Positions 19,960-29,041 of a DNA stretch of 64,000 bases are shown piece by piece. A program made the position numbers and the translations under genes. Below the pieces are notes generated by a model. It did no database searches, was not told the origin of the DNA, and saw only the letters and a program-made list of their open reading frames with translations. The DNA is from Nannocystis bainbridge (GTDB taxonomy: Bacteria; Myxococcota_A; Polyangia; Nannocystales; Nannocystaceae), in the NCBI RefSeq assembly GCF_028368995.1, contig NZ_JAQNDL010000001.1, forward strand, positions 896,001-960,000, written 5' to 3'. Within the stretch, counting starts at the first letter, position 1, and every line of letters starts with the position of its first letter.

Positions 19960-21087
19960 TCAGTCGGTGCCAAGCATGCGCAGGATCGTCCGCATCTTCG
20001 GCACCACGTGGGTCTCGTACTCGAGCACGGCCTCGACCAGGATCGAGTACTGGTCCATCACCAGCGCCTGACCGGCGTCGCACAGCTGCTCGCGGCGCCA
20101 GGCCTCGGTGTGGACCGTCTCGGTGATCGAGCCGTCGACCAGGTGGCCGCAGGCGGCCATCAGGTTCTCGGCGACGATGCGGTGGTCGCCGGCGACGTGG
20201 CTGGGGTCGAAGATGATCGGCAGGATCGTCTGCTTGCGGGCGAAGGTGCAGGCGTTGAGGTCGGGCTGATTGCGGCAGTAGCCGCCCTTCGTGTACAGCG
20301 TCTTCATCCCGCGCTCGCACAGGACGATGTCGAGGTTGCCCTGGTTGGCGATGTACTCGGCCGAGTAGAACCACTCCTCGGCCTCGTTGCCGAACCCGCG
20401 CTTGAGGATGACCGGCTTGCCGAAGCGGCCGACCGACTCGAGCAGGTCGAAGTTCTGCGCGTTGCGGGTGCCGATCTGCAGCATGTCGGCGTGGGCGCCG
20501 ATCTGCTCGACCAGGTTGTGGTCCATCACCTCGGTCGCGTACGGCAGGCCGGTCTCCTCGCGCGCGGCGTCCATGATGGCGATGCCCTTCATGCCGAGGC
20601 CGCGCCAGTCGGTCGGCCGCGTGCGCGGCTTGAACGCGCCGCCGCGCAGCATCACGCGGTCGAGGATGCCGAACTTCTCGCCGACCTCGCGGGCCATCCG
20701 CGCGGTCGCCAGCGTCTGCTCGAGCGTCTGCGGCGAGTCGGGGCCGCACACGAAGATGTGCTTGCCGCCGCCGAACCGCCGCGCCTTGCCGTCGAGCCCC
20801 TTGACCTCGACCACGCGCCGCTCGCGGTGCAGCGCCTTGCCCTCGTTGCCGCGGACCACCCGGGCGATGTTCTTGTAGCCGCCGGTCGGCTGCCACGCGG
20901 CGCGCACCCCGGGCAGGCCGAGGATGTAGCTCTCGCGGCTGGCGAACTCGCGGCTGTCGCCGATGATGTGGACGGTGTCGTAGACCCCCGTGCCCTCGCT
21001 CAGTTCGACACGGTTGCCGAAGCGCACCGCGAGGTCGCGGATCTGGTCGAGAGTTGACTGTCTGCCACGTTCGAGCTCGATGATCAT
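19960..21087 (-). CDS. aroF: 3-deoxy-7-phosphoheptulonate (DAHP) synthase, type I-beta
   Basis: RGGAFKPRT, QIGTRNAQNF, ILKRG, CERG and DPSH motifs; N-terminal regulatory extension. Confidence 0.85.
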   Translation of the reverse strand: MIIELERGRQSTLDQIRDLAVRFGNRVELSEGTGVYDTVHIIGDSREFASRESYILGLPGVRAAWQPTGGYKNIARVVRGNEGKALHRERRVVEVKGLDGKARRFGGGKHIFVCGPDSPQTLEQTLATARMAREVGEKFGILDRVMLRGGAFKPRTRPTDWRGLGMKGIAIMDAAREETGLPYATEVMDHNLVEQIGAHADMLQIGTRNAQNFDLLESVGRFGKPVILKRGFGNEAEEWFYSAEYIANQGNLDIVLCERGMKTLYTKGGYCRNQPDLNACTFARKQTILPIIFDPSHVAGDHRIVAENLMAACGHLVDGSITETVHTEAWRREQLCDAGQALVMDQYSILVEAVLEYETHVVPKMRTILRMLGTD

Positions 21088-21863
21088 GGGCCCTCGAAGC
21101 GTCGCTCCATCGCCGTCGCGGCGCAAGCTCGCCGGTGGCGCCGGGCACCCGTCCGCGCGCGCCTCCGCGACCCGACTTCAGGCCGCGCTGCACCACCCTT
21201 CGCGCCGCGCTCGCGGCGAAGGGCCCCGTCCGCCGACGTTCTCGCACCCCGGCGGAGTCGTACGCGCTTCGTCTCTGTTCTCGCACTCCCAGCGCAGCCG
21301 GCGCTGCGCACCCCCTTCCACGCGATCGTCGGGGCCGCACGGACGCCGGATCGCAGACCCCTCACGCTGCCCCTGCGAGCGCGAGCCTCGCCCAGCGAAG
21401 CACCGACGCTGCCGGTCGAGGTCGAAGTCCCACATGTCGACGAGCTCGCGCGGCCGCCAGCGACTTCGCGGTCGCCCCCCGTGTCCCATCGTTCCTCTGC
21501 GCTCCGCGGAGATCGTTCAGGACGCAGCAGGGCGGCCGACGTAACCTGTTCGTTCGCACATGTCTCATCGTACATGCGCCAATCGCCACCGGCCGACGCG
21601 ATCGTCTGCGGCCGGGACAACCGCGCCGCCCACCTCGAAGCGTTCGTGGCCGGCCGCCTGCGCGGCAGCATCGAGGGCAGCGTCCGTCGCTGCCGCGCGC
21701 TCGGTGACATCCTCGACGACACCGGCGTCGCGCCGTATCCCTTCGAGATCCGCTTCGACCCGAACGAGGAGCCCCCGCGCCCTCCCCGTGATGCGATGCC
21801 CCATCACGGCGCCAGCGCGACGCCCGCTTCATCGCGGCCGCCGATCCGGCGTAGATTGGCCGC

Positions 21864-22607
21864 GTGACCTCCTATCGGCCGACCCTCCACCGCTTCCCGG
21901 ACGACACCTCGGGGCGCTTCCAGGTCCTCCGCGAATTCCTGCTGCGGTGGCACGGGCTCGACACCGGCGCGGTCGGGCGGACCGTGGACCGCGTCGGCGA
22001 GGCCGAGGCGCGCGTCGACAAGCCGCTCCCGCTCGCGGTGCGCGAGTGGATCGTCCTGCTCGACGACCTCGCCCGCATCGACGGCTGGAAGTACGTCCTG
22101 CGCGACAGCTGGGGGCTGAAGCAGGTGCCGAATTGCGCCGCCTTCTCGCTGCTGACGGCCGGCGAGGGCGACCGTCACTGGGGCCCGTTATTCCGCGACC
22201 TCGCGCGCGAGGACCCGCCGGTCCGCGAGTTCGTGCCCGACTACGAGCGCGACGAGCAACGATTCAAGCGCGGCCGTCAGGTCGCCTCGCGCGTCTCGAC
22301 CTGGGCGCTCGAGTTCATCGTCGACTACCTGCACCTCAGCCGGAGCCTGCAGCTCGAGCGACGCGCGTCGAAGCCGACGCTCGAGCGCCTGTGCGACCGC
22401 TCGCCCAGCCCCGTCGTGGCGTCGCGGATCGGCGCCACCGAGCTGTTCGAGTTCGAGGGCGGCTTGATGCACGCAGAGCCGGACGGGCCCGAGATCTATC
22501 GCCTGCGCTGCTACGCCCCCCGCGCCCAGACCGACGCGTTCGACTCCGATGCGACCCACGCGTTCGGGCAGCAGATCGACGCGATGCTCGGCGTGATCCG
22601 GCTGTGA
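21864..22607 (+). CDS. Hypothetical protein, SMI1/KNR4-like immunity fold suspected
   Basis: V.EAEARV..PLP.AVREW and EDPPV motifs typical of SUKH-like proteins. Confidence 0.55.
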   Translation: MTSYRPTLHRFPDDTSGRFQVLREFLLRWHGLDTGAVGRTVDRVGEAEARVDKPLPLAVREWIVLLDDLARIDGWKYVLRDSWGLKQVPNCAAFSLLTAGEGDRHWGPLFRDLAREDPPVREFVPDYERDEQRFKRGRQVASRVSTWALEFIVDYLHLSRSLQLERRASKPTLERLCDRSPSPVVASRIGATELFEFEGGLMHAEPDGPEIYRLRCYAPRAQTDAFDSDATHAFGQQIDAMLGVIRL

Positions 22608-22621
22608 CCGTCGGGCTCACG

Positions 22622-24316
22622 TCAGACCTGCCACAGGCGCAGCCCGTACGCGTCGGCGGCGACGCCCAGCACGCCGTCGCGCGAGAGCGCCAGCCCTTCG
22701 GCGTCGATCGTCAGGCGCGAGCGCTCCGGGTCGCGCCCGAGGTCGACGCGCTCGACGAGCGTGCCCTCGTTCGCGTCGTAGAGGCTCAGCGTGCTGGTCT
22801 CCGTCTTGCTGGCCGCGTCGAACACGAGCTCGCTGACGACCAGCCGCGCGCCGTCGGGCGCCAGCGCGAGGCGAAAGCCGGCGTGCGGATCGTAAGCCGG
22901 GTTGGTCGGCCCGCCCACGAATTCGTGAAGGACGCGACCCGACGCGACCTCGACGATCTGCACGCGCGTACGCTCGCCGGTCGATCCGAGCGCCACGCGG
23001 GTCCCGTCGGCCGAGGCGGCGAAGATCGACGCATCGGCCCAGGTCGTCACCACCTTGCCCGTGTCGAGATCGAGCAGCTTCACCGCGGACGGGCCGGTGA
23101 GCGCCATGGCCCCGAAGTCGAAGGCCTGGACATGGACGAGCACGCGGCCCGGGTCGCCGCCGACGGCCCCGAGCCGGCGCACGTGCTTCACCTTGGGCAC
23201 CGTCTTCACCACGCCCTGGGTGGCCAGATCGAGCACGTGCAGCGCATCGGCGTTGTCGGCCACGACCACCCGGCCGCCGCCGATGCAGGCCAGCGTCGTC
23301 AGCTCGCCGCCCGGCCGCCACGGCGCGCGCTGCAGCGGCTTGCCGGTCGCGCCCGAGCGCAGCACCAGCCGATCGACGGGCTCGCCCGATCCCTTGTGCT
23401 CGAGCACCGCGACGATCTGGCCGTCCTGCGAGAGGTCCATCGCATGGGCGTGCTTCTGCTGCCACACCCGCTCGCGCCGGCCGACGTCGAGGACAAACAG
23501 CCCGTAGTCGCCGCCCCAGACCACCAGGCGCTGGCCGTCGGCGCTGAACACCGCCCGGCGCGGGTTGTCGTCGGCGACCACCACGGGCGGCTGCTTCAGC
23601 GACGGCAAGGGGGAATGGGCGCTCGGCCCGTCGCTCGCGGGGGCCAGCACCTGCACGCGCGTGGCCTTCGGCGCCTTCTTCTTCGGCAGGCGCTCCAGCA
23701 GCGGCGCCCACTCTTCCGCCGGGAAGTCCGCGAGCGAGGCCTCGAGCTCCGCGCGCAGATCGATGTTGAGGCTCGCCTCCGCCTTCTTGTCGAGGAACGC
23801 GTAGTACCAGCGGCGCGTGCCGAACTTCTCGAACCACGCGACGAACTCTTTGAAGTCGAGGTCGTTCAGCGGATAGGCCGCGTCGGCGCGGTCCACCAGG
23901 TAGATCGTGGGCTCGTCGGCGAAGTAGTCGATGGCGAGCTCGGTCGACTCGCCCGCGACGCTCACCAGCAGCTTGAGCCGCATGCGGAGGTTGAGCCGGT
24001 CGAGTGATTTCTTGTCGGTGACGTCGCCGTGCTCGTTGAAGAACCGCTCGTAGAACGGCAGGTCCGACCACTCCAGCTCGTCCAGGTCGGCCTTCTTCAC
24101 GACGACGTGGGGACGAAACGCCCGCTTCTCGAGCCCGCCGAACATCTCGACGAGGCCGACGAGCACCGCCTCTTCACCGTCCCAGGCGACCTTCAGGCCG
24201 TCGCGCTCGGCGTAGAAGCGCGCGACGGCGCGGGGCAGGCCGCCAGGGAGGACGGCGGCGATCGCCGGTTTCAGCTTCTCGAGCTTGCTCGGGGGGGACT
24301 TGAGGCGCCGCTTCAT
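22622..24316 (-). CDS. SMI1-like N-terminal domain + WD40-like beta-propeller protein
   Basis: LPRAVARFY..RDG at the N-terminus; repeats FSADG, LSQDG, ASADG, LAPDG; ends LRLW. Confidence 0.7.
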   Translation of the reverse strand: MKRRLKSPPSKLEKLKPAIAAVLPGGLPRAVARFYAERDGLKVAWDGEEAVLVGLVEMFGGLEKRAFRPHVVVKKADLDELEWSDLPFYERFFNEHGDVTDKKSLDRLNLRMRLKLLVSVAGESTELAIDYFADEPTIYLVDRADAAYPLNDLDFKEFVAWFEKFGTRRWYYAFLDKKAEASLNIDLRAELEASLADFPAEEWAPLLERLPKKKAPKATRVQVLAPASDGPSAHSPLPSLKQPPVVVADDNPRRAVFSADGQRLVVWGGDYGLFVLDVGRRERVWQQKHAHAMDLSQDGQIVAVLEHKGSGEPVDRLVLRSGATGKPLQRAPWRPGGELTTLACIGGGRVVVADNADALHVLDLATQGVVKTVPKVKHVRRLGAVGGDPGRVLVHVQAFDFGAMALTGPSAVKLLDLDTGKVVTTWADASIFAASADGTRVALGSTGERTRVQIVEVASGRVLHEFVGGPTNPAYDPHAGFRLALAPDGARLVVSELVFDAASKTETSTLSLYDANEGTLVERVDLGRDPERSRLTIDAEGLALSRDGVLGVAADAYGLRLWQV

Positions 24317-24468
24317 GCCGGGCGAACACATCACGGATCGGGCACCGAAGAAAGCGGAGTTCCTCGGCTCAGGCGCCCCGAGAGCACATGTCCCCAAAGA
24401 CATATCACGATCATCGGCGAAGTTCGCCGCAATCGCCAGTCACGGGCTCGTGACAGCGGCGCGGCCTG

Positions 24469-24927
24469 TCACGCCGGGGTGACGAACTTGGCCAGCAGCA
24501 CCCGCCGGGTCCCGCCGAAATCGATGGTCAACTTGCGCTGCCCGTCCGCAGACGGCTCGGTGGCGACGATCGTCCCGAGGCCGAACTTCGCGTGGGTCAC
24601 TCGCTCGCCCACCGCGTGCGGCTCGACGACCTGCGGCGGCGGCGGCTTCGGCGGCGCCGCGGCAGCCAGCATGGTGCTGCAGGCGCGCGAGCCGGGGGCC
24701 GACGAGCGACGCGCCAGCGCTAGCGCCGTCCTGCCCTCGGGCCCGCGACGGTCGGTCGCGCCGCGGGCCAGGAGCACCCGCACCGCCTCCTCGTTGCCCT
24801 GCGCCGCGGCGGCGTGCAGCGCGGTCCAACCGTCGATACCGCCGCTCTCGCGGCTGCACTCGAGGTCGGCCCCGGCGTCGATCAGCGCCGTGACTTCCTC
24901 GGCGGACGCCACCCCGGCCGTGCGCAT
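24469..24927 (-). CDS. Ankyrin-repeat protein with C-terminal PcrA/UvrD-type Tudor-like domain (start uncertain)
   Basis: GWTALHAAAAQGNEEAVRVLLARGA..GRTAL; C-terminal VGERVTHAKFGLGTIV...KLTIDFG. Confidence 0.7.
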   Translation of the reverse strand: MRTAGVASAEEVTALIDAGADLECSRESGGIDGWTALHAAAAQGNEEAVRVLLARGATDRRGPEGRTALALARRSSAPGSRACSTMLAAAAPPKPPPPQVVEPHAVGERVTHAKFGLGTIVATEPSADGQRKLTIDFGGTRRVLLAKFVTPA

Positions 24928-25059
24928 GAGCCCCTCGGTGATCGCCGCCCGCCACCCGTAGTTTTCATGAGGAGCGCGCGCCGAGGTGACCCGTGGACAG
25001 CGAGGATGTGCGGGGTCGGCCCCGAGCGTGGAGGACCTGGCCGCGCAGCTCGGTGCATC

Positions 25060-25274
25060 ACCCCTGGCGGTGAGCGAAGCCTACGGGCGCTCCACGCCTG
25101 GCTCGCGCGCACCGACCACTCGGAGGGCTACGTAATGGACCTGCCGACGCTTTGGCGACTCGCCCGTGGCTGGTACGCGGGCCGCCTGGAGCGCGGGTAG
25201 CAGCGCCGCGAGCCCGCGAGCGCCGCGGCCTATTCCGCGAGGCGGGCCTCCACGGCCCCTTCTGGGGCCTGTGA
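25060..25274 (+). pseudogene. Remnant of an alkylmercury-lyase (MerB)-like C-terminal domain
   Basis: GYVMDLPTLWRLARGWYAGRLERG, in-frame TAG at 25198, then QRREPASAAAY. A 1-nt frameshift near 25233 leads into FREAGLHGPFWGL*. Confidence 0.55.
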
Positions 25275-25409
25275 CGGCGGCGACGCGCTCGCCGTCGCTG
25301 GGGCGGCTCCATGCACGATAGCAACGACTGAATCGTCCTCGCGCCACTGGAGGCGTCGGCCGCGGTGGTATGTCAAGCTCCGAGCGACGCGGCCGGGCAC
25401 CACCCGCTC

Positions 25410-25892
25410 CTAGCGTTTTTCTCGGCGTCGCTGCTCGACGAGCAGCCAAGCCAGATCGGCGCGATCTTGCAGCTCCTTGGCCGAGCCTGGCTCACGGCGG
25501 TGAATCGACTCTCGCTTGGCGGAGATGAGGGAGGAAAGCCCGAGCACCGGCACCTCGACGTCGGCGATCTTGACCAGCACATGCTCGCCCCAGGCCTGAT
25601 CGAACGTGTGCACGTCGATACGGTCCGGCTCGATCCCCATGAAAAAGCCGACCCCGGGCTGCGACAGTTCCTCCGCAGTCACGCCGAAGTACTCCAGCGA
25701 TACATCCGCAAAATCGCGGACCGCCGACGCCAACCGGCGAGTGTTCGCGAGTGCGGGTTCAATCAGGATGTCGATGTCGCCGGTGGCCCGTACGTGCCCG
25801 TGCGCCGCGAGGGCGTGGGCTCCGACGACGATGTGCCTAACGCCGGCCGCCGACAAGGCGATCAGGAAGTCTTGAATGTCGCTCTCGGCCAT
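25410..25892 (-). CDS. Nucleotidyltransferase-family protein
   Basis: VVGAHALAAHGHVRATGDIDIL; LISAKR; D.ADL. Confidence 0.8.
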   Translation of the reverse strand: MAESDIQDFLIALSAAGVRHIVVGAHALAAHGHVRATGDIDILIEPALANTRRLASAVRDFADVSLEYFGVTAEELSQPGVGFFMGIEPDRIDVHTFDQAWGEHVLVKIADVEVPVLGLSSLISAKRESIHRREPGSAKELQDRADLAWLLVEQRRREKR

Positions 25893-26073
25893 CGCTGTCT
25901 CGCTGCAAGATTGCATAGACTCGGCGGCTCAGCTCGCGCATCAGAGCGATCCGCTGGGCAGGCGTCATGTCCCGGTAAGCGTCGTGCGTATCGGGAAACG
26001 CACCCGAGTCGGCGACGCGACCACCGATGAGCCGGGACGATGGGACCTGCTTCTTCAGCACTGAACGCAACAT
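25837..26073 (-). CDS. Small partner protein upstream of the nucleotidyltransferase
   Basis: 78-aa ORF with YRDMTPAQRIALMRELSRR; overlaps the NTase start. Confidence 0.5.
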   Translation of the reverse strand: MLRSVLKKQVPSSRLIGGRVADSGAFPDTHDAYRDMTPAQRIALMRELSRRVYAILQRDSDGRERHSRLPDRLVGGRR

Positions 26074-26441
26074 AACCGGCACTGACGCAGGCCGCCAGCG
26101 CGGGCAGAACGCCGCGCGCCGTTTCGCCCTGCTCCTCGCGCAATAGCCCTGTAACTCGGGGGCGACGCCAAAGTCGCCGGCGCGCTCGACCCTGTCTCGC
26201 TCGGCGCTCTCGACATGAACAAACGAACACTCGCGCAGGTGGCGCGCTAGCGGCCGTAGGGGCATCGGGCGCAGCGGGCCGCCACCGAGCCGTCGGTCGC
26301 GGTGATGACCGATCGCTACAAGCACAAGCCGCTGCCTGTCGTGCGCGCGACCCACCTCAATATCGTGAACGCCGAGCGCCTCGTGTTCGCTGGCCCTCCG
26401 CTGGCGGAGCGCCGCCCGAGCAGGACGCGACAGCCGGCGCC

Positions 26442-26490
26442 AGATATGTCCATGAGGACATGTCGCTAAAAACATGTCGAAAAAGACAGA
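26442..26490. repeat. 14-bp-phased TGTCC-N4-GGACA array
   Basis: Cores at 26445, 26459, 26473 and 26487; perfect copy at 26447. Confidence 0.75.
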
Positions 26491-26491
26491 C

Positions 26492-26527
26492 GAAAAGGCC
26501 CGTCGGCTGTCTCCCGCCGGCGGGCCT
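26492..26527 (-). terminator. Intrinsic terminator downstream of 26628-27593
   Basis: Stem AGGCCCGTCGGC/GCCGGCGGGCCT, followed on the minus strand by TTTT. Confidence 0.6.
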
Positions 26528-26627
26528 GTCGCCTCTTACTTTTGATTGATGCGCTCGCTACGCCCTGCTCCCTCGTCTGTCCGCTTACCCACGGACACCG
26601 AGGGCTGCAAGGTCTTGCTACGCGGCA

Positions 26628-27593
26628 TCACTGCGGGATGCCGCAGACGCCGACATTCTCGAAGCCTGGAGGGGCCTGACCCATCTCGTACCACGCCAGG
26701 CACTCGGCGTTTTGGCCGGTGCACACGCCGGCCTCGGTCATGTCACAGAACGCGATGCAGCAGCCGATCGCCATCGGGTCGCACTCGGCCGCGATCTCCG
26801 GGTTGGCGCACGTGAAGCCCTTGTCGCACGCGTTGATGTACTCGCACGCGTCGAACTCCTGGCCCTCTTCGCCCGAGGCGTCGAGCACACACAGGAACGC
26901 GTCCGGGTTCTGCGGGTTGGGGATGCACAGGTTGTTGCCCGGGCAGTCCTGCAGCAGCGGATCGCACGACGGCAGGCACAGCGTCAGCACGCCGTCGTTG
27001 GAGATCAGGCACGAGGTCATCGGCTGGGCGCAGTCGGGCGCGTCGGGCGAGCCGACGCAGAGGGCCACGCACGTCCCGACGCCTTCGGTGACGTCCCAGC
27101 ACATGTTGCCCTTGTCGCAGTTGTCGATGCCGCTGACGCCGCTGCCCTCGACGGTGCACGGGTCGCCGACCTGGCCGGCGTTCTCCATCACCGGCGTGCA
27201 CTTGAGCGACTCCCACGCGTTGTCGCCGTCACCCGAGTACGGCATGCACTTCTGTCCTTCGGGACAGTCCTGCGTCCACTGATCGCACTCCTTGGCCCCG
27301 CCGCCGCCGTCGGGCGGGGTGATGAACGAGCCGTCGGTGGTGCTCTCGCCTTCGGTGGTCTCGGTCGGATCGCCCGGCGTCGTCGTCGAAGTCGGGTTCG
27401 TCGTGGTCCCGCCGGGCCCGCCCGTCGAGGTGTTGCCCTCGGACCCGCCCGAGCTCGTCTCGTCGTCGGTGGTGTTGTTGTTGTTGGTGGTCGGGGTGTT
27501 CGTCGCGTTGCCCTTGCCGCCGTCGTCGCCGCACGCCGACAGGAGCACACTCACGAGCGCACACGGTATCCATCGCATCGTCATCACTGGCAT
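26628..27593 (-). CDS. Cys-rich lipoprotein (paralog of 14094-15152)
   Basis: GGAG-rich RBS; lipobox LLSAC-GDD; T/N stalk; QDCPEGQKC...LCLPSCDPL...ACEYINAC...ENVGVC. Confidence 0.85.
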   Translation of the reverse strand: MPVMTMRWIPCALVSVLLSACGDDGGKGNATNTPTTNNNNTTDDETSSGGSEGNTSTGGPGGTTTNPTSTTTPGDPTETTEGESTTDGSFITPPDGGGGAKECDQWTQDCPEGQKCMPYSGDGDNAWESLKCTPVMENAGQVGDPCTVEGSGVSGIDNCDKGNMCWDVTEGVGTCVALCVGSPDAPDCAQPMTSCLISNDGVLTLCLPSCDPLLQDCPGNNLCIPNPQNPDAFLCVLDASGEEGQEFDACEYINACDKGFTCANPEIAAECDPMAIGCCIAFCDMTEAGVCTGQNAECLAWYEMGQAPPGFENVGVCGIPQ

Positions 27594-28237
27594 CTCTTCC
27601 CCTCCGGGAGGGGCGCCCTCGAGCGAGCCCCATCCATTCCCCGAGGATGCCATAACCGCCAAAGCCGCTGCAACAGTCGAGTGGTTTTTCTCTCGTCTTC
27701 TTTCATGAAGACCGTGAAACATTCGACCCATTCTGTCGAGAACGTCATTCCGTGGCCTCAGGCTGCGTTGCGGTCTCTCGCCGCAGAGGATCACGCAGCC
27801 CGGGTTACCGGCGCGATTTCGACCCGTCCGCATCGGCGACCTGGGCCCATGACCCCGCGAGAGACGCACCCCCGCGCTCGCCGAGTCCGAGTCATTGGCA
27901 GCCCCGTCCAGCCGATCGTTGCAGCGATCGTCGCAACGAGGTCTCGCCGATCGCCGCGACGCGAACGCGTCGTGCTCGCGGCACCGCGAGCACGAGACGT
28001 CCTGCGTGGCCACGACGGCGCGACAGCTCGCCGCGCTGCAACATCGCCATGAATGTGCCAGCGCGGCCGCTCGCGCGTCCCCTTGCTTCGGCCCCGCGAC
28101 GACCGAGCTCCGCCCTCGAGCGGCGCACGCGACCCGCGGCCGCGACACGAACCACCGCCGCTGCCGCCCGATTCCCGCGGTCGCCATGACTTCGCCGCCG
28201 TTGACACGCGGCCGCGGACGCGCAAGAACCGGCGCGC

Positions 28238-29041
28238 ATGCGGAAAGCCCGGCGATGCGGCGCGCTCGTGTTGGCAGGCCTCCTCGCCCTGCCGGCGCCG
28301 GCGCGCGCGGCCGACCTGCGGCCCGTCGAAGCCCCGGTCGAGGTCCCGGTGCCGGAGCGGCCCGACGCGCAGCCTGGCGCGAAGGACAGGCCCCTGAGCG
28401 CGGTGCCGGTGCCGGATCAACCTGTCTCTTCGGACATGTCTCCGAGCACAGGTCCCGAAGCACAGGTCCCCGAGGCCAGGGTCGAAGGGCCAGCTCCGCC
28501 GCCGCCGCCGTCGCTGGCCCCCGGGGCCGGGCTCGGCGAGCCCGAAGACGCGATCACCGTGGCGGTCGGGCTCGGCCCGACAGCGCCGGGGACGAAGCCC
28601 GAGGTCGCCCTGGTCGACGCGCTGGAGCGCGCCGTGCGGTCGTCCGCGGCCCCCAGGACCACGGTCCGCCGGCTGCGCGCCGGGGTCGGCGAAGGCAAGC
28701 TCGTGTGCCGCGAGCGCCGCGACGATCTGGTGATCCTCGTCGAGTACCTCGCCGATCGCCCCGACCCGGTGCTGCTGCCGCACGACTGCCGGCTCGACCG
28801 CGCCCTGGGCGTGCGCGGGGCCGACGCCGCCAATCACCCGGAGCTGGTGGCGACGCTGTGGGGCGAGCACGAGGCGCTGGTCCGCGACGGGGCGAAGGAG
28901 CGGCGGCGGACCCGGTTGGGTCCGAAGGTGAGGACGGGTCTCATCGCCGGCGGGGCGATCCTGGCCGTCGGCCTGGCGATCGGTCTCGTGGTCGCGGCCA
29001 GCTTGCGCCGTGAGATCGTCGTGCTCACAGTCAGTCCATGA
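28238..29041 (+). CDS. Hypothetical exported membrane-anchored protein
   Basis: Signal peptide, Pro-rich linker containing a motif array, C-terminal TM. ATGA overlap with the next gene. Confidence 0.7.
   Translation: MRKARRCGALVLAGLLALPAPARAADLRPVEAPVEVPVPERPDAQPGAKDRPLSAVPVPDQPVSSDMSPSTGPEAQVPEARVEGPAPPPPPSLAPGAGLGEPEDAITVAVGLGPTAPGTKPEVALVDALERAVRSSAAPRTTVRRLRAGVGEGKLVCRERRDDLVILVEYLADRPDPVLLPHDCRLDRALGVRGADAANHPELVATLWGEHEALVRDGAKERRRTRLGPKVRTGLIAGGAILAVGLAIGLVVAASLRREIVVLTVSP

Noticed and set aside
21481-21867. 128-aa ORF upstream of the SMI1-like gene
   Set aside because: No recognisable motif and an uncertain start. It may be a fragment and cannot be supported.
25071-25200. Selenocysteine/pyrrolysine read-through in the MerB-like remnant
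   Set aside because: The TGA at 25071 is out of frame, and the TAG is followed by a frameshift, so decay is the simpler explanation.
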